Shown piece by piece: positions 36,672 to 49,300 of a DNA stretch of 62,000 bases. The notes below the pieces were generated by a model. The model worked only from the letters and a program-made list of their open reading frames with translations, was not told the DNA's origin and searched no databases. The translations under genes were made by a program, and so were the position numbers. This stretch comes from Wallemia ichthyophaga EXF-994 (taxonomy: Eukaryota > Fungi > Basidiomycota), in the NCBI RefSeq assembly GCF_000400465.1, contig NW_008806274.1, forward strand, positions 90,244 to 152,243, given 5' to 3'. Each line of letters opens with the position of its first letter. Position 1 is the stretch's first letter.

Positions 36672-38155
36672 CTAGCTGCTTTTCAAAGCCCAATCACGAG
36701 CAAAGATTGAGGCTTTAAGGAACTTTTTGTTGCTATACTTCTTGTAACAGAATTGACTATCGAAGCGTGGTTGGCATAGTGTTTCGAGAATGTATTCAGT
36801 TGGCTTTTCTAGCTGCTTCTCTGAGAATCCAGAGTAGTAGACGAAATCTTCATTCCAATCACCACCCAACATCAATCTAGAGACGTACATTCCGACGGCT
36901 GCAGTGAGTGATGGACGAGCTCTAAGGAAACGGTGGTCAAGCAAAGCGACCTCCATGATGAATTTTGATAATGTGCGCGTTTGTATATCATAATCATCAG
37001 CTTTGCTTATCCGGCGCACCCATGTGTACGGTGATGAGTATGAACTGACAGAGAAATTGAGAGTTTGAAGAATAATTCTTTCGCCCTTTAATATTTCTTC
37101 TCTTGTGTAACCATTTTCAGTCATGTAAACGAATTCATCAACTGAAGGTGCAAGGATTTCCTCATATTTTGCAGCTATGAACATTGCAGTAACACCAACC
37201 AACTGCAACTTGACGAGACTAACCACCCTAACGGAAAGAAATCTATCGATAATGTTTATAGCAATCCATAATGTTTCAGGTAACATATGATACCTCAAAT
37301 GCACCTGCAAAAGCCAATCTATCAGCGTAGAGCGCATTGACCACTCAATTTCAGATTGGAAATCCATATAGTGAGGATTTGCCATAGTTTCTATCTCTTG
37401 TTCGCACATATAGCTGAATATTTCGGGAGCGTATTCAGCCACCATTGTAGTATCCCAGAAATCAAGATCCTCCTTATAATTAGACTGAACATGGTTTACG
37501 TGCTCGATAAGAGACGGCACTTCAACATGTCTCATAACCCAATCATCCTCATCAATATCGTCCTGTTCCATTACATCGGATTCATTATCACCGAGGTCCT
37601 CCTCGTCAGCTTCCTCGATATCAAATTTGTGGTCGTGCACTTGCACTTCGTCCTCTTCATCGGTGAGATCAATATCGGGTGGACCGTCGTCAACGCCGTC
37701 GTCGTCAGTCATCTGATCATCTTCGTTGTAGACGTGCAATTTCGAGGATGGTTGTACGATACGCAGTTTAGTCTGAGGGATGTTGCTAGCTTCGCTGAAG
37801 CTGCTTGCTCGTTTATTTGAGACAGGTTTAGATTCTGTGTTGGTGTTTGTGGGTCTCTGAAATAAGTGAAACTTAGATAAAAGAGAGAAACTTTCAAAAT
37901 AAACACACCTTGCCTTGATTAGACACATCACCAAACGCTGATCTCTTGCTATTTACGGATATCGAATTTGAGGATTTGGCGGAGCGTAAGGGCATTCCAC
38001 CAGCATTATGCTTCGATTTGAGCTGCTGGCTTAGATTATTCTCATCAGCAGTTTTGGTTCTTGATGCATTCAATCTGCGTGAGTTATTTACTTGAAGCTG
38101 TCGTTCGTGAGCCTAGCGACGACGCGGATTGCAGTGTACTCACGCGGGAAGCCAT
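36672..38155 (-). CDS. cdc13: G2/M B-type cyclin (Cdc13/Clb-like)
   Basis: D-box-like RSAFGDVSN, cyclin box MRSTLIDWLLQVH, and KLQLVGVTAMFIAAKYEE. Two 5' introns. Confidence 0.93.
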
Positions 38156-38453
38156 GGTTTTTTACAAGAATATGAAAGCGTTGTACTATCTGAAATAGAT
38201 TTAACGCGTTTATTCTTATCTTTGAATGGATTTTTCTTGGTGGTAGGTTGGCAAGATAGTCCTGGCCGGTTCAGTTGATCTGGCACCCAAAATGGAAAAC
38301 GATCAGCTCCGCAGGTGTCCTAGGGGGCTGTTATAGATGGGCAGCAGTGTTCACCTTTTTTTCACTCCTCCCAATACACATTCATCCTAATCCGTACATT
38401 ACGCATACATACGCGCTTATGCGCTTATTAGGTAATATCAAATTAAATCAATA

Positions 38454-41406
38454 TTATACGTCCGTCTTTACAAACATACTTAAAACTTTTACACAATTTT
38501 CAATCTGCCCGACGCTCAACTCATCCAAGAAGTCGTTACATACGAGGTTGACGACTTCAAACGCCTTTTTTATCTCAGTTGGCTGTTTGCTTTGTGTACT
38601 TGTTGCTAAAATATTTAAAACACTATCCCATTCAATTACCAAACCGTCTCCGGCGCTCTCCAGGCATTTGTGTAAAGTGTCTAACCCTGATTCGCGTATT
38701 GTCTTGAGAATATTGTTAACCGAATATCCTCCACCTTCCAGATTAAGACTAGAGAGATCTTTCAGAGCGTTTAATACACTCTTCTGTATAGCCGCCTTGT
38801 CAATCTTTTCATTCTCTTTGAAATCACCTTGCGCAGCACTCAGTCCGCCGATGAGCAATCTATTCAATACTTCCGAAGCTTCCACACGCAGTATGCTATC
38901 GAATTCCAATATATCTCCACCAACCACCATCAATAAAGTCTCAATAACCATTAACCATCCTCTCTGTGTCCCATTTTTTTGTTATCACTGATGACATCAT
39001 TTAGGGGAAATCACTTACAGCATCTCCAATCATCAATCTGCGCAAATTTAGCTGTCCAACTACGTCGATTTTTGATATTGCGAATACAGAAGACCTCACT
39101 TCTTTGCCCCCCGAAGCTCTATTACCTTCAATTGATGTGCGTGTACTCGATCTGGGCGATTTCGCTGCCGCGTTTACTCCATCTCCCACGCTCAATCGAC
39201 AAAGCGCATGTACGAAAATCTCTAACGACCTTTCGTTGAAATCAACGCTGTGCTTGAATATCTCTTCTATATTATCATATAACAGTCTAGCGTCTGATGA
39301 ATTTTGGGCAATATTTACCGCAACATTATCAGCAATAGCCGTAGTAGTACCTTGTTCAGCTGAAGGTATGTACTGCTTCTGCTTTCTCTCATAATCCAGA
39401 TGAGAGTCAAGAACATAGTGTGCATTCTGCAACGTTTCCAACACATCAAACCAAGAATCACCTAACAGATTCGACAGTACAGCTGTGAGATTGATCAGAA
39501 CGCCAAGACATATGTGGTTCCTGTTCGATAGTCTTGGCGGTGGGTATGAGAACGTAGACGATGTCGGTACAGTCGCTGTAGTTGGAGTCATGCCTATACT
39601 CATGTTCTTGCTCATACTCTCCAATGAGGGGCTGCCTATATCGCTCCTTCTTTCGTTCCACCTCACTATCGCATTAATGGCCATATTCGGGCATGACAAG
39701 CCGTACAGCAATCCCAGAAATGCATTGCGTGAAACTTCCAGTCCCAGCGTACCACTAACAACGGCCATATTCTCTACGCTTTTTATACACTTGACGAATA
39801 TGTCGTCATCTATTTCACCATTGAGGTATTGACTTAGAGTTGCGATAATAGGTGGCCACGAATCGACAATCATTTCTTTGGCCAAATTTTCACTATTCAC
39901 GATTGTTTTGAAGACATTGCATACGTCCAGTATAATAAGCAGTGCAACATAGAGAGAGCTTACATCACTGATGGCCGGCGCGTCGTGTTTATCCCTCTGA
40001 TCCATCATACGCAATTTTATTTTGCGATCAGCACTCAGCTTGAACTGTCGCTGAGAGAAATGTGTGGGTTGATTTGCAGTGTTGGTACCGACCATCGCTG
40101 CTACTTCTCCAACATAACTATACGAAGATGCGTCAACTGTAGCAGGTTCCTTGGGTATGTAGCGTGTGCCCAGCCCTGACATGTCACTATTATGTCCCAT
40201 AACGTGTGCCTTCTCACCAACAAATCTCGCTATTGCCGTGAGAAGGCTGTTAAATATATCTTTCCCCAACTGCTGGTATTGATTGATAACGATTGCTCTA
40301 TTGGAAAATAAAGACTGTGTGACCTCGAGACTGATACATTTCATCCAAGATTGACCATCATTTGATTCCAGTATCTGGATGAGATTAGTCCAGATCTCTC
40401 TACATTCTTGAACCATATCATCTAGAAAACCATCGACGAGTATCTGTGTGATTTGCATAAGTCTAATTCCGACGGCGAACCTCATGTGCTTGTCGTTAAG
40501 CATTGACTGTATGATGGGATATAATTGCTTCTTGACAAGGTAAAGTAAAGAGGGATGAGTTTTGAAGAGGTGAATATGGTTTTTGAGACAACTCTCTACC
40601 AAGTCTAATGCTGAATCTGTCGGTAAGCGACCTATATTGATGTAGCTTGGTAATTTCGTCCCGTTCAAAAGTGAGATAGCGTCTGCAAAGAGTAAATGAG
40701 CTGCAAAGGCATTAGGTGCAACAGGTACACTCGTTCCATCTTCTAAATCAACAAAGAGAGATGGCCGACTGTCGAGGATGCTCTTGTCGAGCTTGTCTTC
40801 CTCCCTTACTCTCTCGAAGACGTTCGAGACGAGTTGCATGAGAGTTGCAGAGGCTGTACTGGAGACAACAGACATCTTTGAGTCTTGCAGTCTGAACGAA
40901 ATGACAAGACATTCAGAAATCTCGTCAGCGTGTAGATCAGACGTAGTGTTGAAAAGAGAGAGTAGAATCTGGAGTATTTTAAGTTGAATCTCGAAGCCTT
41001 TTGAGATTAGTTGGCGTATGATAGCGATAACGGTGCTAACGACGGGCTTTATGGGGTGTGTTTAGATAAATGACTATGTAGACCTCTTTCGAACGCACCT
41101 GTAAAACTAGTTTGAGATTAATGAGCCTTGATAACGCGGATAAGGAGAGGGTGATGATGGAAGACGAGCTAGTCTGACAAGCCAAAACGATAGGTTTAAT
41201 TAGGAGATGTGAATGCTCTTCGTCGATTTGATCACGCTGGAGTATCTCCAAAGCCTTTTCAACAGCCTGGAAAGTGTTAGAGATGAGTTGAGATACGCCA
41301 GCCTCAGCGCCCAACTAACCTGCTTCACGTTTGGAAATTTACGTTTCGTGTCATTTCCGAGATTTTGTAATTCATTTCTTAGTAAACCAAGCGAAGTGGT
41401 GGACAT
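38454..41406 (-). CDS. MON2: Mon2 (Arf-GEF-like Golgi/endosome scaffold), apparently lacking its C-terminal domain
   Basis: N-terminus ELQNLGNDTKRKFPNVK, DCB/HUS motifs (VSSTASATLMQLV, LALDLVE-like, WMKCISLE) and VVNLVCNDFL. About 935 aa, ending at MFVKTDV*. Confidence 0.88.
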
Positions 41407-41426
41407 GGACGTTAGAACGAACAATC

Positions 41427-42190
41427 ATGTCAGCGGGGTTGAGTGCCTCAGAAACGGCGGAGATCGACAAGGAAGTATCTAGAGAAGCGCAGCGTATAAA
41501 TCAAGAATTGGAAATAGAGCGTATACTTAAATCATTCAAGCTTAATCCATTTGAAGTACTTGATATCGATTATGGCGTCGATGATAAGACTATTAAGGCA
41601 ATTTACAGAAAGAAGTCCTTGCTCATACACCCTGATAAAGTAAAGCATGAGCGTGCGGTCGAAGCTTTCGATTTGCTGAAGAAAGCCGAGGCTGTGCTTA
41701 GTACTCCGGAAAAGAGGTACAAAATAGACTGCGTCGTCTCCGATGCAAGAATGTTCCTCATAAAGGATCTCAAGTTACCACTGGGTGTACATGATGATCA
41801 TCCATCGATTAAGGAATTGCATCCGCCGTTTAAACTCCAAGTCAAGGAGAAAATGAAACATTTGATGGTTGAGGATGAGTTGCGGAGGCGAAGGTTGGTT
41901 GATGCTGCCTATATACAACACTTTCTAACATTTCCCAAGGGCTATCAAGACACAGCTAGCCAATGAAGGTGCAGAAGCTCGCAAGAAGGATGAAGAGATT
42001 GATAGTAAAAAGCGCAAAGCCGAGGAGAAAAAGGATTGGGAGTGTCAGTTATTCCCCCATGCCATTAACTATAATCTAACCAACTACCCCAGCCAACCGC
42101 GATAACAGAATATCAGATTGGAGATCATTCCAAAAGGGCGACAAGGATAAAAAGAAGCGTAAAAAGGAGAAGATGAATGTATTAGGATGA
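41427..42190 (+). CDS. DNAJC8: J-domain protein DNAJC8/Spf31-like
   Basis: Motifs EIERILKSFKLNPFEVL and HPDK. Spliced tail reads DWE...RDNRISDWRSFQKG...NVLG*. Confidence 0.92.
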
Positions 42191-42270
42191 GTGTTGATAG
42201 TTTTGATTCACTGTTGATAGAGTGTTTATGTAAACAATGTAAGGCCCAGAGAATTTGTAATTTTAGATAT

Positions 42271-42990
42271 CTAACTTGCTATTTTATATACTTGTCCTGA
42301 TTGATCACTGACTGGTGCCGTTGAAAGAGTGTCTGACCAGAATTTGAGTATACCTGACCACTCTTGAGGATCCTTAGGCATTTCATCACCAGCTTTATCA
42401 CCCTCAAAGATCGTAACTTTGGAGAAAGCTTTATTGAAATTTGAGCTGTCGAGTACATTCCTCGACGGTCGAGTGAAAATGCAAATAGGAGTTGCAGTTT
42501 TAGAAGAACCCGTAGCGTAAGAGAGGAGTGGACCGAGTACATTTACCACTGAGCCCAAACTGATATTGGAAGATCTAGCAAACTCGACAGCAACAGAGCC
42601 ACCTTGAGCGAAACCAAAGAGATGGATATTCCGTGTATCCCAGCCGAATTGGCTAGTGAGTGTGTAAATCAGGTCGTTGAGTAAGTTGAGAGCAATCCGT
42701 GGATCAGGTGACTGGATAAGATTACCGAGCATATCGAAAGACTGATACCACATCCTAGCTTCATCGAAGAAAGGTACGGGGACAGGACCTTGCAAGACGA
42801 GAGACGCGGTCTGAGGAAGACGCAGCTTCTTAGATAGATTAACGAAATGAGAAATGTTGTCGCCCAATCCATGCAGGTAGATGATTAAGTTGCTATCTAC
42901 GCCGTCTGCTGAAGGGACGTACTCAAACTTGGCGTGTCTAAAGTCCCGCTGGCTTATGGCCTTCTTCGCGCCTAATTCTTCGACATTCAT
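42271..42990 (-). CDS. Phospholipase/carboxylesterase-family alpha/beta hydrolase with degenerate nucleophile
   Basis: Motifs LHGLGDN and LFGFAQGG (Ala in place of Ser). Confidence 0.8.
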   Translation of the reverse strand: MNVEELGAKKAISQRDFRHAKFEYVPSADGVDSNLIIYLHGLGDNISHFVNLSKKLRLPQTASLVLQGPVPVPFFDEARMWYQSFDMLGNLIQSPDPRIALNLLNDLIYTLTSQFGWDTRNIHLFGFAQGGSVAVEFARSSNISLGSVVNVLGPLLSYATGSSKTATPICIFTRPSRNVLDSSNFNKAFSKVTIFEGDKAGDEMPKDPQEWSGILKFWSDTLSTAPVSDQSGQVYKIAS

Positions 42991-43171
42991 CGTTTATTAA
43001 AGATGAGAGTGTTGATAAGCGGGGCGTCTTAGCTTTGGATCCAACTGTCAAGTGGAAATATCTGCGAAAAAATGGTTTCTTTTGAGCCGCTTTTTGCGTC
43101 TGGGGTGAGTGCAGGGGAATATTGCATTCTATAATCACCTCCTCATCCACTCACAGCACCATGAAATCAAA

Positions 43172-43989
43172 ATGCCGTCAAGTCGAAACAAGAATACGAC
43201 TTTGACCGCGGATGACAAACCTTTGGGTGTGTATTGATGCTTCGGTTTATTTCAGCCACATAGGCTCATTAGCTGTTAGTTTGGGTCGATTTGGAGATGT
43301 CCGGGCTGGACATCAATCAAGACTGTATAATAGAGGCAGCCGTTATAATTACTGATGGTAATCTTAACGCGGTTGATAACGGTATATCAATCCCCGTTCA
43401 AAGATCTAAAGCTGTGATGGACAAGTAAGCGTAAAGCAGCAATACTACACACGCATTCTTACGCGTTTTTTTTCATAGTATGAACGAATGGTGTATCAGT
43501 ACACACGGATTGTCTGGTCTCACCAAGCAGGTGCTCTCCAGTCCATACTCTCCTCAAGAAGTCAGCGGCGTCTGCTACGAGTATATCAAACGCTGGATAC
43601 CGGATCCTCGGGTGGCTGTTATAGCAGGCAACACTGTGCATATGGATTTACGTTTCTTAGGTTCGTTGGGTTTGTTGGTGACTCTAAATGTTTAATCTCC
43701 ATTTACACCGCAGAAATGGACGCACACAAAGAAGGATGGTCACAGATTGCTTCACATCTTGGTTACAGAGTGGTCGATGTCTCTTCATTTAAGGAAATTG
43801 CCAGACGGTGGTATCCTAATCTACCACTCAAATCGAAGCAGGCGTCTACACACCGGTGAGTGGGAACATGCAAAGGCGATCAGGGCCATTGCTGATTATG
43901 GTATAATATACAGCGCTCTCGATGACATCAGGGCTAGTATTGATGAATTGAAGTACTACAAGCAGTCAATGTTCAAGCCAACAAAATAA
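43172..43989 (+). CDS. REX2: Oligoribonuclease (DEDDh exonuclease)
   Basis: Spliced motifs PLVWVDLEMSGLD, MNEWC..THG.SGL, AGNTVHMD, YRVVDVSSFKE and HRALDDIRASIDELKYY. Confidence 0.96.
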
Positions 43990-44065
43990 ACTAACAAGAT
44001 AAATGTAATATTATTATATCCGTATCCTTAGCCCCACTCACCTCCTTTAACACCAACATCCACCA

Positions 44066-44858
44066 ATGGCTGATCAGCAGACGCATAAGATTTACTACTT
44101 GGGAGCATTTGACAGCTCGAATAAGCCTGCAATAAATATACAGCAATGTGAGGATCTCGGCAGCTTCAGCTTCTATCAGCGCAGCTCCGTTAGGGAGTTC
44201 TTGGTCTTCATGGCTAAGACTGTGGCAGAGAGAACCGAAAATGGACAGAGGCAATCAGTGCAGGAGAACAACTACACAGCGCACGTATTCAGACAGGGGG
44301 ATTATTCAGGTGGGTTGAGTGGACTGTGTTACGTGGTTAGCTCACTTTTTTATAGCTGTGGCTATTGTAACGGAGCAGTATCCAGTCAGGCCAGCGTGTG
44401 TACCCTAATTACGCGTCACAACCACTCTAAAACACACACAGCTTCTCCCTTCTGCAAAAAATACTTGACGCAGTCCCTGGCGCGGTCAGAACTGCACCAA
44501 CATACCCTGAGTGGGTCGAAGGAGCGAGAAAGGGGAATAACCCCACACAATGTCCAGTAGTATTGCCTGAGCTCAATACCCTCATCATAAAGTACCAAGA
44601 TCCCAAGCAAGCAGACACCATCATGAGAGTACAGCAAGAGTTGGATGAGACAAAGGTCGTAATGCACAAGACAATCGAAAGCGTCTTGGAGAGAGGTGAG
44701 AAGCTGGACAATCTCGTCGAGCGTTCAAATGCTCTATCTGCACAATCTAAGATGTTTTACAAGACTGCAAAAAAGCAAAATAGCTGTGGGTGTGGATTGT
44801 TTTGCTATGATCCATCTAAACGCTTGACAAACACTATACAGGCTGCGTTATTTCTTAA
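44066..44858 (+). CDS. YKT6: Prenylated longin R-SNARE Ykt6
   Basis: Longin domain, SNARE motif VLERGEKLDNLV, and a spliced CAAX end CCVIS*. Confidence 0.97.
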
Positions 44859-44926
44859 TCCATCTTGCTCGGATACCTCGTCTTTGTTCGTAATAATACA
44901 CATTATCATACATATGTACACCCATT

Positions 44927-45598
44927 TCACCTTGATGTGCCCCGTATACTGGCTGGATTGGGTGAATGAGTCGTTGAATGAGCAGGAACAGTCAGCGCTC
45001 GATCGTCAATACGCGTCTTCTTCTCTCCATTCGCGACACCGTTGATACCATCGTCCTCATCTTCGCGTCTCCTCTTCTTTTTCTTCTTCTTGCGTCTTTC
45101 ATCGTCGTCGTCGCGTCCGGTGAAGACGGAGGCGTCAAACTGAGTTGAGTTAGTCGTGCTCATTCCACGAAGTACATTGATCGCCCAACTTACATTGGGT
45201 ATACTTCCAGGCGGGAGTCTTCCAAACGCCTCGACCAACGTGGCATTATCAATACTATCAGCAGTGATAGTTGGTGGCTGGAACTCTGGATCGAACAGCA
45301 GATCGCGAATTTTAGGCAGCGAGCTATCCTTCTTGCTGATTGTGTTACGTCCAGGAAGATCATTTACAAATAGCTTGAACGTTGACTCCATTTTGTTTCT
45401 CCTAGCCTCACCGTTATCCTGAGGAATTTGAGTGCTACTGCCAGTTGCGTTGGCTGCAGTTGGCTTTATGTATGGCTTTACGTATGTGTCGTAAGTCTCA
45501 TCGAGCCCGAACAACGTTAGCAGATCCTGATTGCCGTTGATTGTACCATTCGGAACCTCACTGGGATCTTCAATTGGATAATAATTCGGTATTTCCAT
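44927..45598 (-). CDS. MED19: Mediator subunit 19 (Rox3)-like
   Basis: Motifs GNQDLLTLFGL and FVNDLPGRN, plus a poly-Lys/Arg tail. Confidence 0.7.
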   Translation of the reverse strand: MEIPNYYPIEDPSEVPNGTINGNQDLLTLFGLDETYDTYVKPYIKPTAANATGSSTQIPQDNGEARRNKMESTFKLFVNDLPGRNTISKKDSSLPKIRDLLFDPEFQPPTITADSIDNATLVEAFGRLPPGSIPNVSWAINVLRGMSTTNSTQFDASVFTGRDDDDERRKKKKKKRRREDEDDGINGVANGEKKTRIDDRALTVPAHSTTHSPNPASIRGTSR

Positions 45599-45643
45599 TT
45601 GCGATGGTTGTTATGGTTGCGATGTTGGTTGACTACTTCAACG

Positions 45644-46248
45644 ATGAACTGTGAGCGCTATGAGGTGACTGTAGGGAAATCAGCTAAAATCTTATAAATA
45701 GTCATTCCCAATGGGCCTGGATTGCTGCCAAAGTGGATGCTATTCGTTTCTGTGCTCGCCATATTCAACAGCATACAGAATTGCTTAACTACTTCACTCA
45801 CAGCTCGCGTATACAATCACAAGCCACAATTAGGTGTGTTTCTATTGGCAATTTGCCCTCTCTCACAGCCACTCCTCAGTAAATCCCCTTCAAGCACGAA
45901 CGTTTGGCGTGTGGACCTTCACTTCAGCTGTCGTTAGATTCTACGCTGCGCACAACATTAATAATAAAGTGTGAGCGGGAATGTTTGTAGGTGAATTCCA
46001 TCATTCTCACATCTCATCCCTTTAGCGTCTACGAAATCGCTATCTGGACATACGCTATCGTCATTGCGCACTATATATCCGAACTTCTCTACTACAGAAC
46101 ATCGAAGCTAAGCGCAGGAATCATTAGTCCACTTGTTATCGGTAGTAAGTTCGGATTCCTTGCCCTGTTCCCCACCATCCTAACAGCCATATTAGCTGCT
46201 TCTTTCGTGTGGATGATATCACAATACGATTTCTACGTCAAGATTTGA
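45644..46248 (+). CDS. ERG28: Ergosterol biosynthesis scaffold Erg28
   Basis: 7-nt first coding exon ATG AAC T and intron 45651-45701 give MNFIPNGPGLLPKWMLFVS. Motifs ARTFGVWTFTSAVVR and SPLVIA/G. Confidence 0.93.
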
Positions 46249-46313
46249 AATCTAATCTGTTTTATTATATACTCTTAATAATCTTTATCTATTGAAATCA
46301 ATGTACATTCTTT

Positions 46314-49300
46314 TCACTTGAACGCAAAGAAATCGGATGCTGCTACGGGTGAACTATGCTTCGGAAGCTGTACTGCGCGTTGTCGACCACTGCTTCCATC
46401 GTTTTTATGGCGTGGGTGACGAATATGCCCTTCTGAGTCTCTCGAACCGGGTGAGAATTCATCAATTGGTTGCTCATCCCTTGTTGCTGTCTTGCTTGGC
46501 GTACCCGAAGGCGTCGATTTAGCTACAGCCTTTTCATCTCTCCGCTTCCGTATAGCTTCAGCACTCGGTATGTCAACCAGCGAAAGTGGTTCGTCTCGCG
46601 CAAATTGATACCTTTCACTTCCATCTTTTATCACACTCGCTTTAGATGGTTTGCGTGTTTTCAGGGCTGCAGCTAGCTTTGATCTGCGTGCATCTTGTGA
46701 GAGTGTTCTTTCAACAACATCTTTGTCTGGTGGTGGAATGCTCTTTGCACTAACGCTTTTCTCAAATGATAATGCACTTGGCTTGCTACCGTTACCGCCC
46801 ATACCGCCGTTGTTGATTGAAAGCTTTTCAGCACGCTTAATCAAATCATCCAAATTAATCCTCTTCTCAGCTATAGCTATCGCCATTGTACGTGTTGTCC
46901 GGTTTATACTGTCAATTGAAGGAACTTTGAATGTCTTTCCACCTGTCTTCGATTGCATCATCTTGGCCTTGAGTGAGCTGAGTTGATCCTCTACACTCAT
47001 TATACCATCATTCAGCGCTTGCATAGATTTCCGAAGCTTTTGCTGATTCTCACTGTGCTCTGGTCCTAACTGCCTCACTTTCACTATACGAGCAAATTCT
47101 GGATCATTCCTTGCCCTTATGAATCGTGAAATCTCTTCTTTCTTAGTTTCAGCTGTGTGATAATGCGTTAGATAGTTATCAAGTTTAGCATATCCCTAAC
47201 TCACCCTTTAACAAAAGACTCTGTAACTCAACAACTTTGCGCTTCTGTGACAATGACGAATCCTTCAATTCTATCGTATCAGCCTCCAAATCCACACTGA
47301 GCTTCTTAATCAACTCAATGTCACCCAATGACCATTGAGATTTGTCATAGAGAGCCATTACATCATATTCATCAACTGATTGACGCTTCTTTGTGATTTT
47401 ATCGTGGAAATCTAGACAGCTCTTGATATTAACATTCATCTGTTAAACGTAAGCTAGGCGACCTCCACCAAACAGACAACTTACACTCTCGATCTCCTTC
47501 TCAACCATTAGGTACATCTTCAAGAACTCCATAGCCATGCCAGAGGTACCCTCTAATTGACTTGCAGACAACTCCTCATCCATTAGCTTCAACTTAGGAG
47601 GTTGATGTGGTGTTTGTATTGAGTATGATTCATTGTCATTATGCACCTTCTTGAAAGGCGCCGAGACTGGCACAGGAGAAGCAATTGGCGCCTGTTTAGA
47701 GAATGCATCCGAGAAGGCCCCATTATTGAAGCTGAAACTACCACTTGATGATTGAGCTGGAGTTTCCGTACTTGGATTGAAACCAGCGAAAGTAGGACTT
47801 TGAGGTGCGCTAAATAAATTTGGTTTAACAACTTCTGTTGCTGGCGCTTGCTGACCGAAACCAAACTTAGTCTTCTAGGTTTTGTCAAAAGAGCAAAGTT
47901 GGTACAAAATTACTTACGTCTTTTTGCGGAGAGGTTATTGATGCCTTACCGTAGACTGGTGGAGACGAAGCCAGCGGTGAGCTCTCACGCGGTTTAAATG
48001 GTAAACCGAAAGGTGACTGTTGACCAGCCTTGCCGAATGCACCGCTCTTAAAGCTGAGTGCAGATGCTGCCGACGTTTTTTCAGGTGAGCCTGGAGGTGT
48101 GGTAGATTCGTCGTCTTCCACTTCCCTCTGCTCTTCAACACCTTCTTTCTGCTCTTCATGACCCTCTTTCTGCTCTTCGACTTCAACACCCTCTTCCTCT
48201 TCCGCCTCATCAACACCCTCTTCTTCGTCAACAGTGTTGCTGACATGCTCATACCCTTCACTATCACCGCTTTCTTCTTCTTCTTCCTCCTCCTCATCGC
48301 CATCATCTTCTCCTTCCTCATCTTCAGCGTTATCCTGATCAAATTGAACTACCGGCGGATGTTCTTGTGACACTCTCCTACTTGGAGACTCAGATGCAAA
48401 GCCAAAGAAACTCTTCGTTCTGTCATCTTCTTCTTTAGCATCGCTTATTTGTTTCTGATAAAATTGTGAGATTAGAGATGAATAACAACTCTCAAACCAA
48501 CCTTATCCTGGGATTTTGCAATGTTTCCACCAATTGAGAAGCTACTCGACGAACTAAAGGCGGATGGTTTACTGCTTTCAGGGGTTTTTGAAGCATCTCC
48601 ACCAAACCCAAATGCACCTGTAGGGTTTGGTGATTCATTATTAGTTCCTGCGAATGAGAAAGCACTCGCTGGTTTGCTATCTTCAGATGGCTTGGCAAAT
48701 GCTGAGAAAGCATTTTTTGGTGCTTCATTCTTTTTATCATCTTTAACGGGAGATCCGAATGCATTGGCATGAGCACTAGTACTGGCACCACCAAAGCTGA
48801 AAGCAGATGGTGCTTTCCCCAAATTATCCTTCTTCTCGTTTTTAGCAGGCGAAGTAAAGGCATTAGCACCTCCAAAGCTAAACTGGGACGGTGCCTTCAG
48901 TGGATCATCTTTCTTCTCGTCAGTTGCAGTTGATTCTTCTGGCTTGACACCTCCAAAGCTAAAACCACCAGTCGTTGGAGCTGCTTTAGGGGGCTGAGAA
49001 GCGGTCCCAAAAGCACTTGCACCACCGAAGCTAAATGCTGATGGTGCTTTGACCGTATCATCCCTCTTCTCATCCGTTTTTGGCGCATGTGAAGAAGAGC
49101 CTGACGAACCAAATGAGCCTCCTCCGAATGAGAACCCGGCACCCCCTGGGGCTGCAGGTGGAGCTGCTGGCATTGATGACGCTTTGCTATTTTCGCCCGA
49201 TTCCTTTAAAGTGTTGTCGCATACACCACACTTGGTCGCATCAGCTGGTTGATCGAGCATACATACGCCACACTGTTGCTTGCTTTCTTGAGACTTTGCG

